NCBI GenBank assembly: GCA_965242725.1
Contig: CBDESZ010000009.1
Coordinates: 1-64,000, forward strand
Origin: Alkalispirochaeta sp.
GTDB taxonomy: Bacteria; Spirochaetota; Spirochaetia; DSM-27196; Alkalispirochaetaceae
Length of the DNA stretch: 64,000 nt
Reading direction: 5' to 3'
This document shows, piece after piece, positions 50,744 to 61,250 of the stretch. The translations under genes and the position numbers were made by a program. The notes under the pieces were generated by a model. It was not told where the DNA came from. It saw nothing but the letters and a program-made list of their open reading frames with translations, and did not search any database. Each line of letters opens with the position of its first letter. Position 1 is the first letter of the stretch.

Positions 50744-52231
50744 CTATCGGAGAAAGAGGACCGATAGATCCCGGCCGACGGCCGCGGCAATTTGCACGGC
50801 ATTGAGAAAGAGCTCCGCCTCCACCTGCCAACGCTCGTTCTCCCGGACGGTCAGGTCCAGGGCGACCTCTTCAACACGCAACGATGTGGTTACGCCCGCA
50901 TCAAGCAGGTCCTCTTCATTCTCCAGTTGCCGTCGCTGGTAGTCGACCTCCACGTCGAGAAGGGCGATCTGTTCCTGCAAAATGCTCCGCTGCATCTGCT
51001 GTACCCGCAAGGCGTTTGTGGTGCCTACTCGGGCGTCTTCAAGGTCGGCGACTGCACCCTCCCGTGCAATCCGGTCAATCCGTTCCCGTGCCGCCCGCTC
51101 TGAAGCGGTCAGCAGGGGAATACGCATCGTCACGGAGACCATTGTCTGAACATCGCCGTCACCGGAGAAGTAGTCACCGACGGACGCGGCAAGATCGTCG
51201 GCGTTTTCACGCTGATAGGGATAGAGCGGCGCCAGGGACATGGCGACATCCAGCCGGGGCGTGTCCGTCAGATCGTTGCGTACGCCCTGGGCGTAGCTCC
51301 GTTCCACTTCGATGCGCGCTTGTTGGAGGGATAGATTACCGTCCGCGTCGGGTTCGGTCACCTCCGTCATTACCTCGGAAAGCGTATCGTCGAAGGACGA
51401 AAGATCGTCGTCAAGCGCCCAACCTTCCAGATCCGGCAGTCCGAGGACCCGCGCAAGATCCTGCTCCAACCGCATCGCTTCAAGCTGGAGTGAAAGAAGA
51501 GTCTGCCGCTGCTCGTTCCGTGAAATCCGCAGGGTAAGGACGGCGTTGTCCGACAGGGTTCCCTCTCCCCGATCGAGCTCCGCCGCTTCGATCTGTCTGT
51601 CCAGCACCTCAATGAAACGACCTGTCACCTCTATCCCGCGTCGGGCCGAGGCGTACTGTATGAATTGCCCGAGGGCCAGTTGTATCCGCTCGTTCTGCCG
51701 TTCCGTAATCGACAGCGTTGCCTGTTCAAGAGCCAATTCCGCGTCACGCCGGGCGGCGCGAAAGACCTCCGTCCCGATGAAGGTACCGCCGGCGAAAAGG
51801 GGTTGTGTAAACGAAAGGGTTCCCTCAGGAAGTTGCTCATACTCGACACCGCTGCCGTCATCGGTCGTGGTGAAGTTGTTGGTAATACCGACGGAGAGGA
51901 GACCGCTTGTAGGAAGTGGTTGCCTGAGAGAGGCACCGAGACCAAGGGTGTATGATTCCAGAATCGACGAAGGGTCCCCGGATCCACCCCCGGCGCCGTC
52001 GAATGTTCGCCGCCGAAAATACTCGAGCGGTTTTATGTCAAGTTGCACCTCCGGCAGCGTCGAGAGCTGTACCAGTGCATACCGTTCCGCCGCCTCCTGT
52101 GCACGCCGATCGGCCTGCAGTACGAGGGGGTCCGATTCAACCACTCCGCGAACCACCTCTTTGCCGGATAATACGTGATCCGGCGATTGCGCCGGTACGG
52201 CGACGGCAATACCCATGAGCGCCCCGATCAT
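50744..52231 (-). CDS. TolC family outer-membrane efflux protein (start uncertain)
   Basis: Two-repeat OEP pattern, last gene of an MFP-RND operon. Confidence 0.75.
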   Translation of the reverse strand: MIGALMGIAVAVPAQSPDHVLSGKEVVRGVVESDPLVLQADRRAQEAAERYALVQLSTLPEVQLDIKPLEYFRRRTFDGAGGGSGDPSSILESYTLGLGASLRQPLPTSGLLSVGITNNFTTTDDGSGVEYEQLPEGTLSFTQPLFAGGTFIGTEVFRAARRDAELALEQATLSITERQNERIQLALGQFIQYASARRGIEVTGRFIEVLDRQIEAAELDRGEGTLSDNAVLTLRISRNEQRQTLLSLQLEAMRLEQDLARVLGLPDLEGWALDDDLSSFDDTLSEVMTEVTEPDADGNLSLQQARIEVERSYAQGVRNDLTDTPRLDVAMSLAPLYPYQRENADDLAASVGDYFSGDGDVQTMVSVTMRIPLLTASERAARERIDRIAREGAVADLEDARVGTTNALRVQQMQRSILQEQIALLDVEVDYQRRQLENEEDLLDAGVTTSLRVEEVALDLTVRENERWQVEAELFLNAVQIAAAVGRDLSVLFLR

Positions 52232-52268
52232 CGCAGCGCCGACGCCACCTCTTACACCAAAGTTGTCG

Positions 52269-55200
52269 CTAAACTGAAACACCACGAGTCTCGTCCTTTC
52301 CTGTTCTGCCGGGAAAATCATAAAACGTACCGAAGAAACTCGGAACGATAACCAGCGTCGTAAGAGTCGAAAAAATGAGGCCGAATATGATCGTGCTCGC
52401 CATCGGCCCCCACACGACGGATGTCCCGCCCAGTCCGATGGCGGTGGGTATCAAACCGGCGATTGTCGTCACCGATGTGAGGACAATCGGTCGCAGTCGC
52501 GTTGTCGCGGCGTCGATAATGGCGTCGGAAGCGCTCATTCCGCCGTTTCGCCTGTTCTCATTGGCAAAGGTGACCAGAACGATCGTGTCGTTTACGGCGA
52601 TTCCCGCGAGGGCGACGCCTGCGTAAATGACGGTCGTCGACAGGGGCGTTCCCGACACGAAGAGGTAGAGAACCACTCCCACGAAGGCAAAGGGAACCGT
52701 TATGAGAATGAGCAACGGCTGGGTGTAGGAGTTGAACTGCGTCGCCAGGATAAGGTAAATGAGAAATATGCCGATGACGAACACGCGCAGGATCTCCTGA
52801 AGGGTCTCGGCAATTTCGGCAAACTCACCCCCCACCTCCAGGACTACTCCCGGGTATTCATTGCGAAGCTCGCTGTTGTAGAGCTCATAGATTTCTTCAT
52901 TGATCGCGGGAACCCTCGCGGTATCATACGCCTCGGCGGTCACGGTTGCTTCCCGTTTCCCGTCTATGCGCCGGATGGAGGAAAGGATCTCGCCGCTCTC
53001 GAGGGACGCCACGGTACTGAAGGGAATGCGCCGGCCGTCCGCCGTGGGTATCTGGACCTGCTGTATGCGATCTATCGAAATAGGACCGCCATAGCCGTAC
53101 CGAACTTCGACGTCGGTCTCTTCGTTTTCCTGAAAAACGGTACCCGTCGGCACACCGTCAAAACGGCCGCGAATATACTGACCAATCGCCCGTGAGTTGA
53201 GTCCGTACTCCGCGGCGCGTCGCTCATCGACCTCGATGCGCAACTCCGGTGTTCCCGCTTCCATGTTGTCGCCGATATTGAGCAGCTCCGGATAGTCCGC
53301 GAGTCGCTCGCGGACACGCTCCGTTACCGCCATGAGGTCGTCAAAATCGTCACCGAAAAAACGGAAGACCACCGGCGGATCCGTGGGCGGACCATTCTGC
53401 TGTTTCCGGAAGACAACCGAGTCTGTCCCGGGAATGTCCGCCGTTGCATCCCGCGCTTCTCCCATGATCTGCGTGATTGAACGACTTCGACCGGCGTCCT
53501 GCTCGGCGAGATCAACGACGATCTGGGCGACGTTCGACCGGCGGACGTTTTCGTTCTCTCCCCCGACAAATCCGATAAATGAATTGAGGGCGACAACTTC
53601 ACCGTTTCCGACAAGGGGAAGGAGGCGCTCCTCGTACCTGCTGACAAACTCCGCCGTCCGTTCGATGGGTGTACCGGGAGCCATTTCGATTTCGATGTAG
53701 TACAGTGACGCGTCTTCCGCATCAAAGAGGTTCTGCTGTATCCGTCCGACCTGCGAAAAGACAACCACCATCAGCACCACCGTAGCGATGACGACACCGA
53801 TCCGTTTGGCGTACAGATAGCCGAGTACGCCCTGAAAGCGACGCTGCAGTGCGGCGAGCTTTTCTCCACGGCGCTCGTCCGACTTCCGCCCTTTTCGTCT
53901 GCCCTTTCCACCGGGCCAGTCTGCATAGTGGGACGGTATGAATACCGCAGCCTCGAAGGTAGACGCGATGAGGGCGATACTCACCGTCAGCGGAACGACA
54001 CGCAGAAATTTTCCGATGATTCCCGGAAGGAAAGTCAGGGGGAGGAAGGCCGCAACCGTTGTAAGCGTCGCCGCAATAACGGGAATGATGACTTGATTGA
54101 CGCCGTTGATCGCGGCGTCGTGCCTGCTCATGCCCTGCTGATACTGAAGACGGTAGCTGTTCTCCACGATAACGATGGCGTGATCGACGATCAGACCGAG
54201 AACGAGGACAAGACCGAACAGGGTATTGCTGTTCAGCGTTTCTCCGAATGCGTCAAGGACGACAAAGGTCAACGCAAAGGTCAGGGGAATGCCGAGAGCG
54301 GTCATCAGGGCGTTGCGCAATCCGATGAACAGAAGAAGGATCACCACCAGCAGGCCCAATCCCCACAGTGCGTTTGAAACGAGGACGTTCAGGCTGTCCC
54401 GTATTGCAACCGTGGAATCATTGAAATAGGCGACCTCGATTCCCGCAGGGAGCTGTCCCGACAGTCCGTCGACGCGGCGGCGGACCTCTTCAAGTATTCC
54501 CACTGAACTGCCGCCGGGTACCTTGGTTATTTGGAGACTGATCGCCTGTTTCCCGTTAAAGCGAGCCGCCGTTCCGTCCTGGTCATATCCGAGAATGACC
54601 GACCCCAGGTCTGAAATGTGAATCGCACCGGATTGGCCCGGACCGCCCTCCCTGACAACCACCGATTCAAACTGTCGTTCCGACTCAAGGGAGCCGACGG
54701 TTCGCAGGAGAAACTCCCGGGAGTTTGTCTTCAAGGTGCCGGCGGGAATTACGACATTCTCATTCTGTACAGCCGAGACGACCTCATTGAGGGAAACGTT
54801 GGACGCCTCCATGCGGCCGGCGTCGAGGGCGATTGTGATTTGCCGCTCCCGTGACCCGATGAGGTTGACTTCCGACAGGTCCGGTACTGTTTGCAGCTGA
54901 TCGGCCACATTTCGGGCCGCTTCATTCAGCTGAGCATATGGAAGATCGCCGTACAGTACAACTTCCACGACGGGAAGAAAGTCATTGGTGGAGAAATCAT
55001 CTATCGTTGCCTGCAGGGTATCATCGGGAAGATCGATATTGGTAAACCTGTTCTGCACCTCCTGAAAACGGGATTCAAACTCGTCGTTCGAGAGCCCCTG
55101 GTCAAACTGGAGGGTCACCCGCGCGAGCCCTTCGGAGGTGATTGACTGGATTTCATTGATATCCTGGAGGCCGCCCATCTCGTTTTCGATCCTGACGGTG

Positions 55201-55388
55201 ACGCTCTGTTCGATATCCTCCGCGGATACACCCGGATATGGAACGGTAATGTTCACGTAGTAAAAGGGAATTTCCGCAAACTGCTCCTGCGACAGCCTCT
55301 GCAAACTGAAGAGGCCGGCAACAAGGATGAGAATTGTCAGGATATTTATCAACACCGGGTTACGGACGGAAAATGAACCGAGCGTCAC
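52269..55388 (-). CDS. RND efflux permease (AcrB/AcrD/AcrF family)
   Basis: YPGVSAEDIEQSV, GLIVDHAIVIVEN, GIAVNDTIVLV, RLRPIVLTSVTT; 1039 aa. Confidence 0.95.
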   Translation of the reverse strand: MTLGSFSVRNPVLINILTILILVAGLFSLQRLSQEQFAEIPFYYVNITVPYPGVSAEDIEQSVTVRIENEMGGLQDINEIQSITSEGLARVTLQFDQGLSNDEFESRFQEVQNRFTNIDLPDDTLQATIDDFSTNDFLPVVEVVLYGDLPYAQLNEAARNVADQLQTVPDLSEVNLIGSRERQITIALDAGRMEASNVSLNEVVSAVQNENVVIPAGTLKTNSREFLLRTVGSLESERQFESVVVREGGPGQSGAIHISDLGSVILGYDQDGTAARFNGKQAISLQITKVPGGSSVGILEEVRRRVDGLSGQLPAGIEVAYFNDSTVAIRDSLNVLVSNALWGLGLLVVILLLFIGLRNALMTALGIPLTFALTFVVLDAFGETLNSNTLFGLVLVLGLIVDHAIVIVENSYRLQYQQGMSRHDAAINGVNQVIIPVIAATLTTVAAFLPLTFLPGIIGKFLRVVPLTVSIALIASTFEAAVFIPSHYADWPGGKGRRKGRKSDERRGEKLAALQRRFQGVLGYLYAKRIGVVIATVVLMVVVFSQVGRIQQNLFDAEDASLYYIEIEMAPGTPIERTAEFVSRYEERLLPLVGNGEVVALNSFIGFVGGENENVRRSNVAQIVVDLAEQDAGRSRSITQIMGEARDATADIPGTDSVVFRKQQNGPPTDPPVVFRFFGDDFDDLMAVTERVRERLADYPELLNIGDNMEAGTPELRIEVDERRAAEYGLNSRAIGQYIRGRFDGVPTGTVFQENEETDVEVRYGYGGPISIDRIQQVQIPTADGRRIPFSTVASLESGEILSSIRRIDGKREATVTAEAYDTARVPAINEEIYELYNSELRNEYPGVVLEVGGEFAEIAETLQEILRVFVIGIFLIYLILATQFNSYTQPLLILITVPFAFVGVVLYLFVSGTPLSTTVIYAGVALAGIAVNDTIVLVTFANENRRNGGMSASDAIIDAATTRLRPIVLTSVTTIAGLIPTAIGLGGTSVVWGPMASTIIFGLIFSTLTTLVIVPSFFGTFYDFPGRTGKDETRGVSV

Positions 55389-56533
55389 AGAATGTCTCCA
55401 GTGGATCCGCGGACAACGGCGTTGACCCGCCGTCCGTCGGTCAATGAGGAAATGGCCGTGACGGCGATGACATCGCCCTCTTCAAGGCCCGCCAGGACTT
55501 CCACCCTGTCGCCCATACGCCGACCGGTCTCTATAATCTGCTTTTTCACCGTCTCACCGCTGACCACCCAGACAAAAAGACCGTCGCCGCCGTCACCGAT
55601 CGCGGAACCGGGTACGAGTAACGCCGCAAGGTCATTTTGAACGGAAATGGAGGCCACCGCGCTCATTCCCGAGCGCAGCTTGTCGCAACGGTTTTCCCAT
55701 CGGATCACGACGGCGAAACTGCCCGTCCTGGCATCGGCCCCCGCCGCTATGGCGTGCACCACCGCGGGTGTCGTGTCGGTTCCACACGCCGGCATCGCGA
55801 TCTCCACCTGCGCCCCCGGTTCCACCATTCCGATCTCAGCTTCTCCGAGACCCACCTCGAGTTCCACCGTCTCGAGGTTGACAATGTGGGCAACGACGGC
55901 TCCCCGGGTTATGTAGTTTCCCCGACCGATCCCCCCTTCCCGCACGGCGATCCGTCCTGAAATCGGCGCCCTGATGAAATGATCCTGGTACTCCTTCTCG
56001 GCGGCACGCTGTCTCGTCCGGGCACCGTCCGCCGCGCTGCGGGCGCGTATCAGTTCCGACTGGGAGGCACTTCCGTTTTCATAGCGTCGTTGGACAGCCG
56101 CGAGATCTATTTCGGCACTTTCAAGGAGCTTCCGCGCCTCTTCCAGCCGGAGTGCCGCCAGGGTCGGATCAACCTCCAGCAGAATTGACCCCTCGCCGAT
56201 CGTCTCGCCAAGTTCAAAGGGCGCCGAACGAATCGTCCCTTCAACTTCGGATACGACGCGCACCTCCTGTGCGCCCCGGACACGTCCGGAAGCTTCCACC
56301 GACCCGACGAGCCGTCCCCGGGTCACCGTCACTGCGTCAACGGCAAGTGCCGGCCGCTGAGTTTCCATCCCTCTCGCGGATTCCTCCGGTCCGGAAGAGG
56401 CTCCGTCACTCCCCGCTTCCGCCGCGGCGTCCCAGGGGCCCGAAGCCGCGCTCGTTCCATCGTCGTTCCCGGTACACGAGACGAGCAGGAGTCCGACCAC
56501 CGATATCACCACGGCTGCACGCAAATGAACCAT
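55385..56533 (-). CDS. RND periplasmic adaptor (MFP) lipoprotein
   Basis: LVSC lipobox, VVSEVEGTI, IRAPISGRI, LRSGMSA, GLEEGD; SD GGAGGT. Confidence 0.92.
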   Translation of the reverse strand: MVHLRAAVVISVVGLLLVSCTGNDDGTSAASGPWDAAAEAGSDGASSGPEESARGMETQRPALAVDAVTVTRGRLVGSVEASGRVRGAQEVRVVSEVEGTIRSAPFELGETIGEGSILLEVDPTLAALRLEEARKLLESAEIDLAAVQRRYENGSASQSELIRARSAADGARTRQRAAEKEYQDHFIRAPISGRIAVREGGIGRGNYITRGAVVAHIVNLETVELEVGLGEAEIGMVEPGAQVEIAMPACGTDTTPAVVHAIAAGADARTGSFAVVIRWENRCDKLRSGMSAVASISVQNDLAALLVPGSAIGDGGDGLFVWVVSGETVKKQIIETGRRMGDRVEVLAGLEEGDVIAVTAISSLTDGRRVNAVVRGSTGDIL

Positions 56534-56550
56534 CAATACCTCCGCATGGG

Positions 56551-56579
56551 AAAGTACGAACCCCCGGGAGGAGAGTCAA
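56551..56579 (-). promoter_or_regulatory. putative sigma-70 promoter of the RND operon
   Basis: TTGACT-N17-TACTTT followed by SD. Confidence 0.6.
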
Positions 56580-56597
56580 TAATTTACCGACCGGTCG

Positions 56598-57185
56598 TTA
56601 GTTTTTTTGAGGTCTGCTGCAGAAGCACGTTTCGGAATCGGTCACGACGATCTGAACGGAACGGTCCTCCGGTCCCGCGGGTACGGATGGATGGAATTGA
56701 ACTGCGTAACATACACCGACCACCGCGAGGGCGTTTGTATTTCCGGACAGATAGCGATCGTAGTAGGCTCCCCCGCGACCGACGCGGCGCCCGGCGCGGT
56801 CAAATGCCCGTCCGGGAACGATGAGTATCGCTCCGGAAAGATCCTCAATCACCGGCTCATCATCCAGAGGCTGGAGGAATCCGAGGGGATGGCTTTCCAG
56901 CGCCCGGGGATAGCGGGAGGCGCGACGCATGACCATCCGCCCATCGTGAATGTACGGGAGGGCGATCGTTTTTCCCGCCCGGGATGCGGCTCTCAGAACG
57001 GCCTGAACGTCGACCTCATCGTCCATCGCCATATATCCGACTACGATACTCGCGTCGTCCCAGTAGGAAAGGTGAGTGACCTGCGTCGCGATATGTGCGT
57101 CGGCAACGATTCGCTCTTCCGCCGTCATGTTGCCGATGTTTCGCTCCGCTTCCTGTCGAAGTTTCTTTTTCTCGTTCACCATCAT
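56598..57185 (-). CDS. 5-formyltetrahydrofolate cyclo-ligase
   Basis: KKKLRQ, YMAMDDEVD, IVPGRAFDRAGRRVGRGGAYYDRYL. Confidence 0.93.
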   Translation of the reverse strand: MMVNEKKKLRQEAERNIGNMTAEERIVADAHIATQVTHLSYWDDASIVVGYMAMDDEVDVQAVLRAASRAGKTIALPYIHDGRMVMRRASRYPRALESHPLGFLQPLDDEPVIEDLSGAILIVPGRAFDRAGRRVGRGGAYYDRYLSGNTNALAVVGVCYAVQFHPSVPAGPEDRSVQIVVTDSETCFCSRPQKN

Positions 57186-57194
57186 ATTTCAAAT

Positions 57195-57226
57195 AAAAAA
57201 AGGGACCCCGTCAATGACGGCGTCCC
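57195..57226 (-). terminator. intrinsic terminator of the lipoprotein gene
   Basis: GGGACgCCGTCA-T-TGACGGgGTCCC stem plus T7 on the minus strand. Confidence 0.75.
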
Positions 57227-57251
57227 CTGAGATTCAGATTTCTTCCCGGTA

Positions 57252-57842
57252 TCAGTTGTTCACGTTACCCGCGCGGGTCGGGCTGTTCTGCATTTGACTG
57301 TCCAGCATATCCAGCGCCTGTTGTGCCTTGAACTCCGCAAATGCCGCGTCCTCGTTCCGTTGAAATGCCTGCGCCGAAGCTTCAAGGAAATTGTTCTTCG
57401 GGAAACTTACCAGGACATAGACCGTACCGTCCTGGGCGACATAGGCATTCTCCTGTCGCGTTCCCTGCAGCGTCGTTTCCGTGGTCTGCCGCGAAATGGT
57501 TTCGACAAAACTGATGACCTGATTATTGTCGTCCACCCCCGCCTCCTGGGCGTAATCGATGATGGCCGCTTCAATCTGGGCATTCATTTGAAAGGCGATG
57601 TCATTGCGGGCCCGTGACGTTGCGACGTTCCGCGACCTGGCGAGGTCGGACATTTTTGCCGTACCGATGCCGTAAATCGCGTCATCAGCCTGCGGTGGAT
57701 TCAGGAACCAATCGGGAGCGTCGATGGACGCACCGGTATCGGGTTTCGGAGCGGGAGCCGGTTCCGGCTGCGACGCACATCCAACAATGAAGAATACGAC
57801 CAATACCGCCAGGGCGATGTGTCGTATAGTTTTAACGTTCAT
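57252..57842 (-). CDS. LPP20 family lipoprotein
   Basis: IVGC lipobox, PDWF, IYGIGTA, ARNDIA, VYVLV; strong SD GAGGAGG. Confidence 0.8.
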   Translation of the reverse strand: MNVKTIRHIALAVLVVFFIVGCASQPEPAPAPKPDTGASIDAPDWFLNPPQADDAIYGIGTAKMSDLARSRNVATSRARNDIAFQMNAQIEAAIIDYAQEAGVDDNNQVISFVETISRQTTETTLQGTRQENAYVAQDGTVYVLVSFPKNNFLEASAQAFQRNEDAAFAEFKAQQALDMLDSQMQNSPTRAGNVNN

Positions 57843-58043
57843 ACTTCCTCCTCAAACGAGTGATCATTGTCTCAGGAGAGTATAAACCGCCGTCCCCACC
57901 TTTTCCACATAGTGTGAAAAATTTTCGTCGTGATATTTTGACCTATTTTTATATTTACAATAAAAGATTTATTCACTTTTATAATCATATACCGGAACAA
58001 AAAGCCTCTTTCTTTGTGGGAAAGGGTGTACTATCATGTCCCT

Positions 58044-60299
58044 ATGCGTGATTTTGACGGGGTTGCACTGCTCCATGCCGTCTCGGACCTTTCCCAGCTG
58101 CTGGGTCGGGGCAACACGATCGATGAGTTCCTCGCCAACGTCGTACATGCCCTCAAGGAACACATGAACGCCGACGTCTGCTCGGTCTACCTCTACGACG
58201 TGGAACAGGATGAACTCGTGTTGCGCGCCACCGAAGGCCTCAACCGCCACATGGTGGGGACTCTCCGTCTTGCCGCCGGAGAGGGACTGACGGGATACGC
58301 CTTTCAGCAGAACCAGCCGGTCATCACGCAGGACTCGACGACGGCGCCGCAGAACAAGTCGATTCCCGACTCGGGTGAAGAACAGTTTCCCGCATTCATA
58401 GGCGTCCCCATTAAACGGAACGATCTGGGAATCGGCGTTCTCACCGTCCAATATCGGGACCCCCGCCAACTTGACGACACGGTCATTCGCTCCCTCCGTA
58501 CCCTTGCGTCCCACCTCGCGACGACCCTTGAAAACGCCGCCGCCCTGTACGAACTGCACGAACGGGAACAGCCGTTATTCACGGCGCCGTCGGGCCATTT
58601 TGACCACGGGCTGATTCAGGGAACAAGCGCTTCCCGGGGTATCGCCGTGGGTCGCCTTGAATACATCGATACCCGGCGGGGCAACAGCGGCGGCGAGGCT
58701 ATACGCACCCTGCCGGAGGCGATCGCCCTGAGTACGCAGCAGCTTCAGGAGTTGCAGCGCCAGGTTGACCAGACGCTCTCAGACGTGGCGGCGATGATTT
58801 TCAGCTCACACCTCCTCATGTTGAGCGATGAAAGCTTTGTAGGAGAAATGGTGGCGCGCAACAACGCGGGAGTTCCTCCGATTCAGGCGGTTCAGGAGGT
58901 GGTGGACTTTTTTTCGCAACGTTTTCTCTCCATTCCGGACCCGCGGTTTCAGGAAAAGGCCCAGGACGTTCAGGACCTGGGCAACAGGATCATTCATAAC
59001 ATTGAAGAGTTTGACGCCCATGAAGGTGATTATCAGGGGCGAATCGTCGCTGCCCATGAGATCTTTCCCTCGGAACTGGTGAAACTGCACCTTCAACGTG
59101 TTGAAGGTATCGTTTTTTCCGGCGGCGGAACGACGAGCCACGTCGCCATACTCGCCCAGAGTCTGGACCTGCCCCTGGTGACGACGGGCGATCCCCGGCT
59201 CTTTTCCATTCCCATCGGCACGGAAATCGTCGTCGACGCGGAGGAAGGCAAGGTCATCGTCGGTCCTCCCGAGGATGTAAAATCGGTATACACACGACGG
59301 ATATACGCAAAACGGGCGCATGTCGTCGAGGAGGAATACCGCATTCCCGAGTCCCTTCGCACCGCCGACGACGTGACCATTGATCTCATGGCAAACGTCA
59401 ATCTCGTGAAGGACGCCGTGACGGCGGGACAGACCGGTGTACACGGAATCGGATTGTACCGCAGCGAGATCCCCTTTCTCATCCGCAACGGTTTTCCGAC
59501 GGAAGAGGAACAGCTGGCGATCTATTCCCGCATCGTCGACGCCGTCCCGTCACGACCCGTCCGTTTCAGAACGCTGGACCTGGGAGGAGACAAGCTGTTG
59601 AGTTCGCAGGTGGGGCGGGAGGACAACCCCTTCCTCGGCTATCGGGGAACCCGCTTCCTTCTCGGCCATCGGAATATCATGCGGGACCAGGTGCGGGCGA
59701 TGCTCCGCGCAGGGGCACATCACCAAATTGGCATCCAGTTTCCCATGATCGGGAGTCTCGACGAGTTTCTTACGGCCCGTGAGGTCGTTGCATCGTGCAT
59801 CGACGAACTCCGTTCAGAGGGAATTCCCTGCAATACCCGTCCCGCCCTCGGCGTGATGATCGAGTTGCCGTCGGCGATAGAAATCGCACCGGAACTGGCC
59901 GCCGAGGCTGACTTTTTTTCAATCGGTACAAACGATCTCATTATGTACCTGCTCGCGGCCGACCGGACCAATCACCGCGTCGCCGACATCTATCGCCCCA
60001 TCCACCCATCGTTGCTTCGCGGAGTGCATCGAGTCGTCCGCGCGGCGAACGGGGCGGGTATACCCGTATCCGTCTGTGGAGCGACGGCGGCCGATCCGGT
60101 GATGATCACCTTCTATCTCGGTATCGGCATCACGAAATTCAGTGTCGATATAGAACATGTCCGGGACGTTTCCCGCTATGTGAGTCTCCAATCGGTGGCA
60201 AAAGCGCAGGAAACGGCGAGCCGCATGCTCGCCACCGCCTCAAGGGACCACCTTGCGGAAATCAGCAGGACGATCGTCGCGCCACGGGAGAGCGTATAG
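58044..60299 (+). CDS. ptsP: GAF-domain PEP-protein phosphotransferase (EI-Ntr type)
   Basis: N-terminal GAF (DVCSVYL, LRATEGL, GEGLTG), GGTTSHVAILA, GIGLYRSE, RTLDLGGDK, NPFLGYRG, SIGTNDL. Confidence 0.92.
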   Translation: MRDFDGVALLHAVSDLSQLLGRGNTIDEFLANVVHALKEHMNADVCSVYLYDVEQDELVLRATEGLNRHMVGTLRLAAGEGLTGYAFQQNQPVITQDSTTAPQNKSIPDSGEEQFPAFIGVPIKRNDLGIGVLTVQYRDPRQLDDTVIRSLRTLASHLATTLENAAALYELHEREQPLFTAPSGHFDHGLIQGTSASRGIAVGRLEYIDTRRGNSGGEAIRTLPEAIALSTQQLQELQRQVDQTLSDVAAMIFSSHLLMLSDESFVGEMVARNNAGVPPIQAVQEVVDFFSQRFLSIPDPRFQEKAQDVQDLGNRIIHNIEEFDAHEGDYQGRIVAAHEIFPSELVKLHLQRVEGIVFSGGGTTSHVAILAQSLDLPLVTTGDPRLFSIPIGTEIVVDAEEGKVIVGPPEDVKSVYTRRIYAKRAHVVEEEYRIPESLRTADDVTIDLMANVNLVKDAVTAGQTGVHGIGLYRSEIPFLIRNGFPTEEEQLAIYSRIVDAVPSRPVRFRTLDLGGDKLLSSQVGREDNPFLGYRGTRFLLGHRNIMRDQVRAMLRAGAHHQIGIQFPMIGSLDEFLTAREVVASCIDELRSEGIPCNTRPALGVMIELPSAIEIAPELAAEADFFSIGTNDLIMYLLAADRTNHRVADIYRPIHPSLLRGVHRVVRAANGAGIPVSVCGATAADPVMITFYLGIGITKFSVDIEHVRDVSRYVSLQSVAKAQETASRMLATASRDHLAEISRTIVAPRESV

Positions 60300-60320
60300 G
60301 CCGTCCCCGCTCCGACTCTT

Positions 60321-61238
60321 TCAGGACGCCATGCCGGGGGAAGGCGTTTGCGCCGCATAGGCGGCAAGGGCGATGGAGAGCGCCTTTGCGTCCCGGGAAT
60401 CGGCGCGACTCGTCAGGACGATCGGGGCTCGCGCTCCCACGATGACACCGGCGTTCCGGGAAGGCGACAGAAACGCCAGCGCCTTGTAGAGGATATTGCC
60501 GCTCTCGATCTGCGGTACCAGAAGGATGTCCGCCTCACCCGCAACGGGTGACTCGATCCCTTTGGTCCGGGCCGCCTCACGTGAAACGGCATTATCCAGG
60601 GCAAAGGGACCGTCGACGATGCAGCCCGTCACCTCACCCCGACGCGCTTCATCCCGCAGTGCCGCCGCATCAACAGTGGCAGGCATCTTTTCATTGACCT
60701 TTTCCTTTGCCGCCAGGACGGCAACCTTCGGTTCGGCATATCCGATGCGGTGAAAAAAGGAGACGGCGTTGCGTAATATCTCCCGCTTCGTCGCAAGGTC
60801 GGGAGCGATATTCATCGCCGCGTCGGTGACCGCTATCGGGCGCGGAAACCCTTCAATCTCAAAAATGGCGAGATGGCTCAGGACCCCCTCTCCCCGCAAA
60901 CCATGGTCCCTGTCCAGGACGGCCCGCAGGAGCACCGATGTGTCGACGAGCCCTTTCATGACCATCGCGGCATCGCCGTCTGCAACCATGGCAACGGCGG
61001 TACGCGCCGCTCTCTCCGCATCGGGTACATCGATGATTTCCGCCGTGGACAGATCCAGCCCGAGCCGTTCCGCGCATGCACGGATTGAGTCCGCATTTCC
61101 GACAAGCCTGGGTATCACCGTCCCCTTTTCTGCGGCGGACATAACCGCGCTGAGGACATCTTCCTCCTCGGCTGCAGCGACCGCCATGGGAACCGGCGCG
61201 GTAAAGGGCCTTTCGAGATTCTGAAATGAAAACGCCAT
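60321..61238 (-). CDS. ptb: phosphate butyryl/acyltransferase
   Basis: MKGLVDTS, TDAAMNIAPD, DGPFALDNAVS, GNILYK, PIVLTSRADS. Confidence 0.9.
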   Translation of the reverse strand: MAFSFQNLERPFTAPVPMAVAAAEEEDVLSAVMSAAEKGTVIPRLVGNADSIRACAERLGLDLSTAEIIDVPDAERAARTAVAMVADGDAAMVMKGLVDTSVLLRAVLDRDHGLRGEGVLSHLAIFEIEGFPRPIAVTDAAMNIAPDLATKREILRNAVSFFHRIGYAEPKVAVLAAKEKVNEKMPATVDAAALRDEARRGEVTGCIVDGPFALDNAVSREAARTKGIESPVAGEADILLVPQIESGNILYKALAFLSPSRNAGVIVGARAPIVLTSRADSRDAKALSIALAAYAAQTPSPGMAS

Positions 61239-61250
61239 CTTCCGAAACTC

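Noticed and set aside
57186..57251. 6S RNA upstream of the 5-formyl-THF cyclo-ligase
   Set aside because: Only 66 bp of intergenic space, occupied by a terminator
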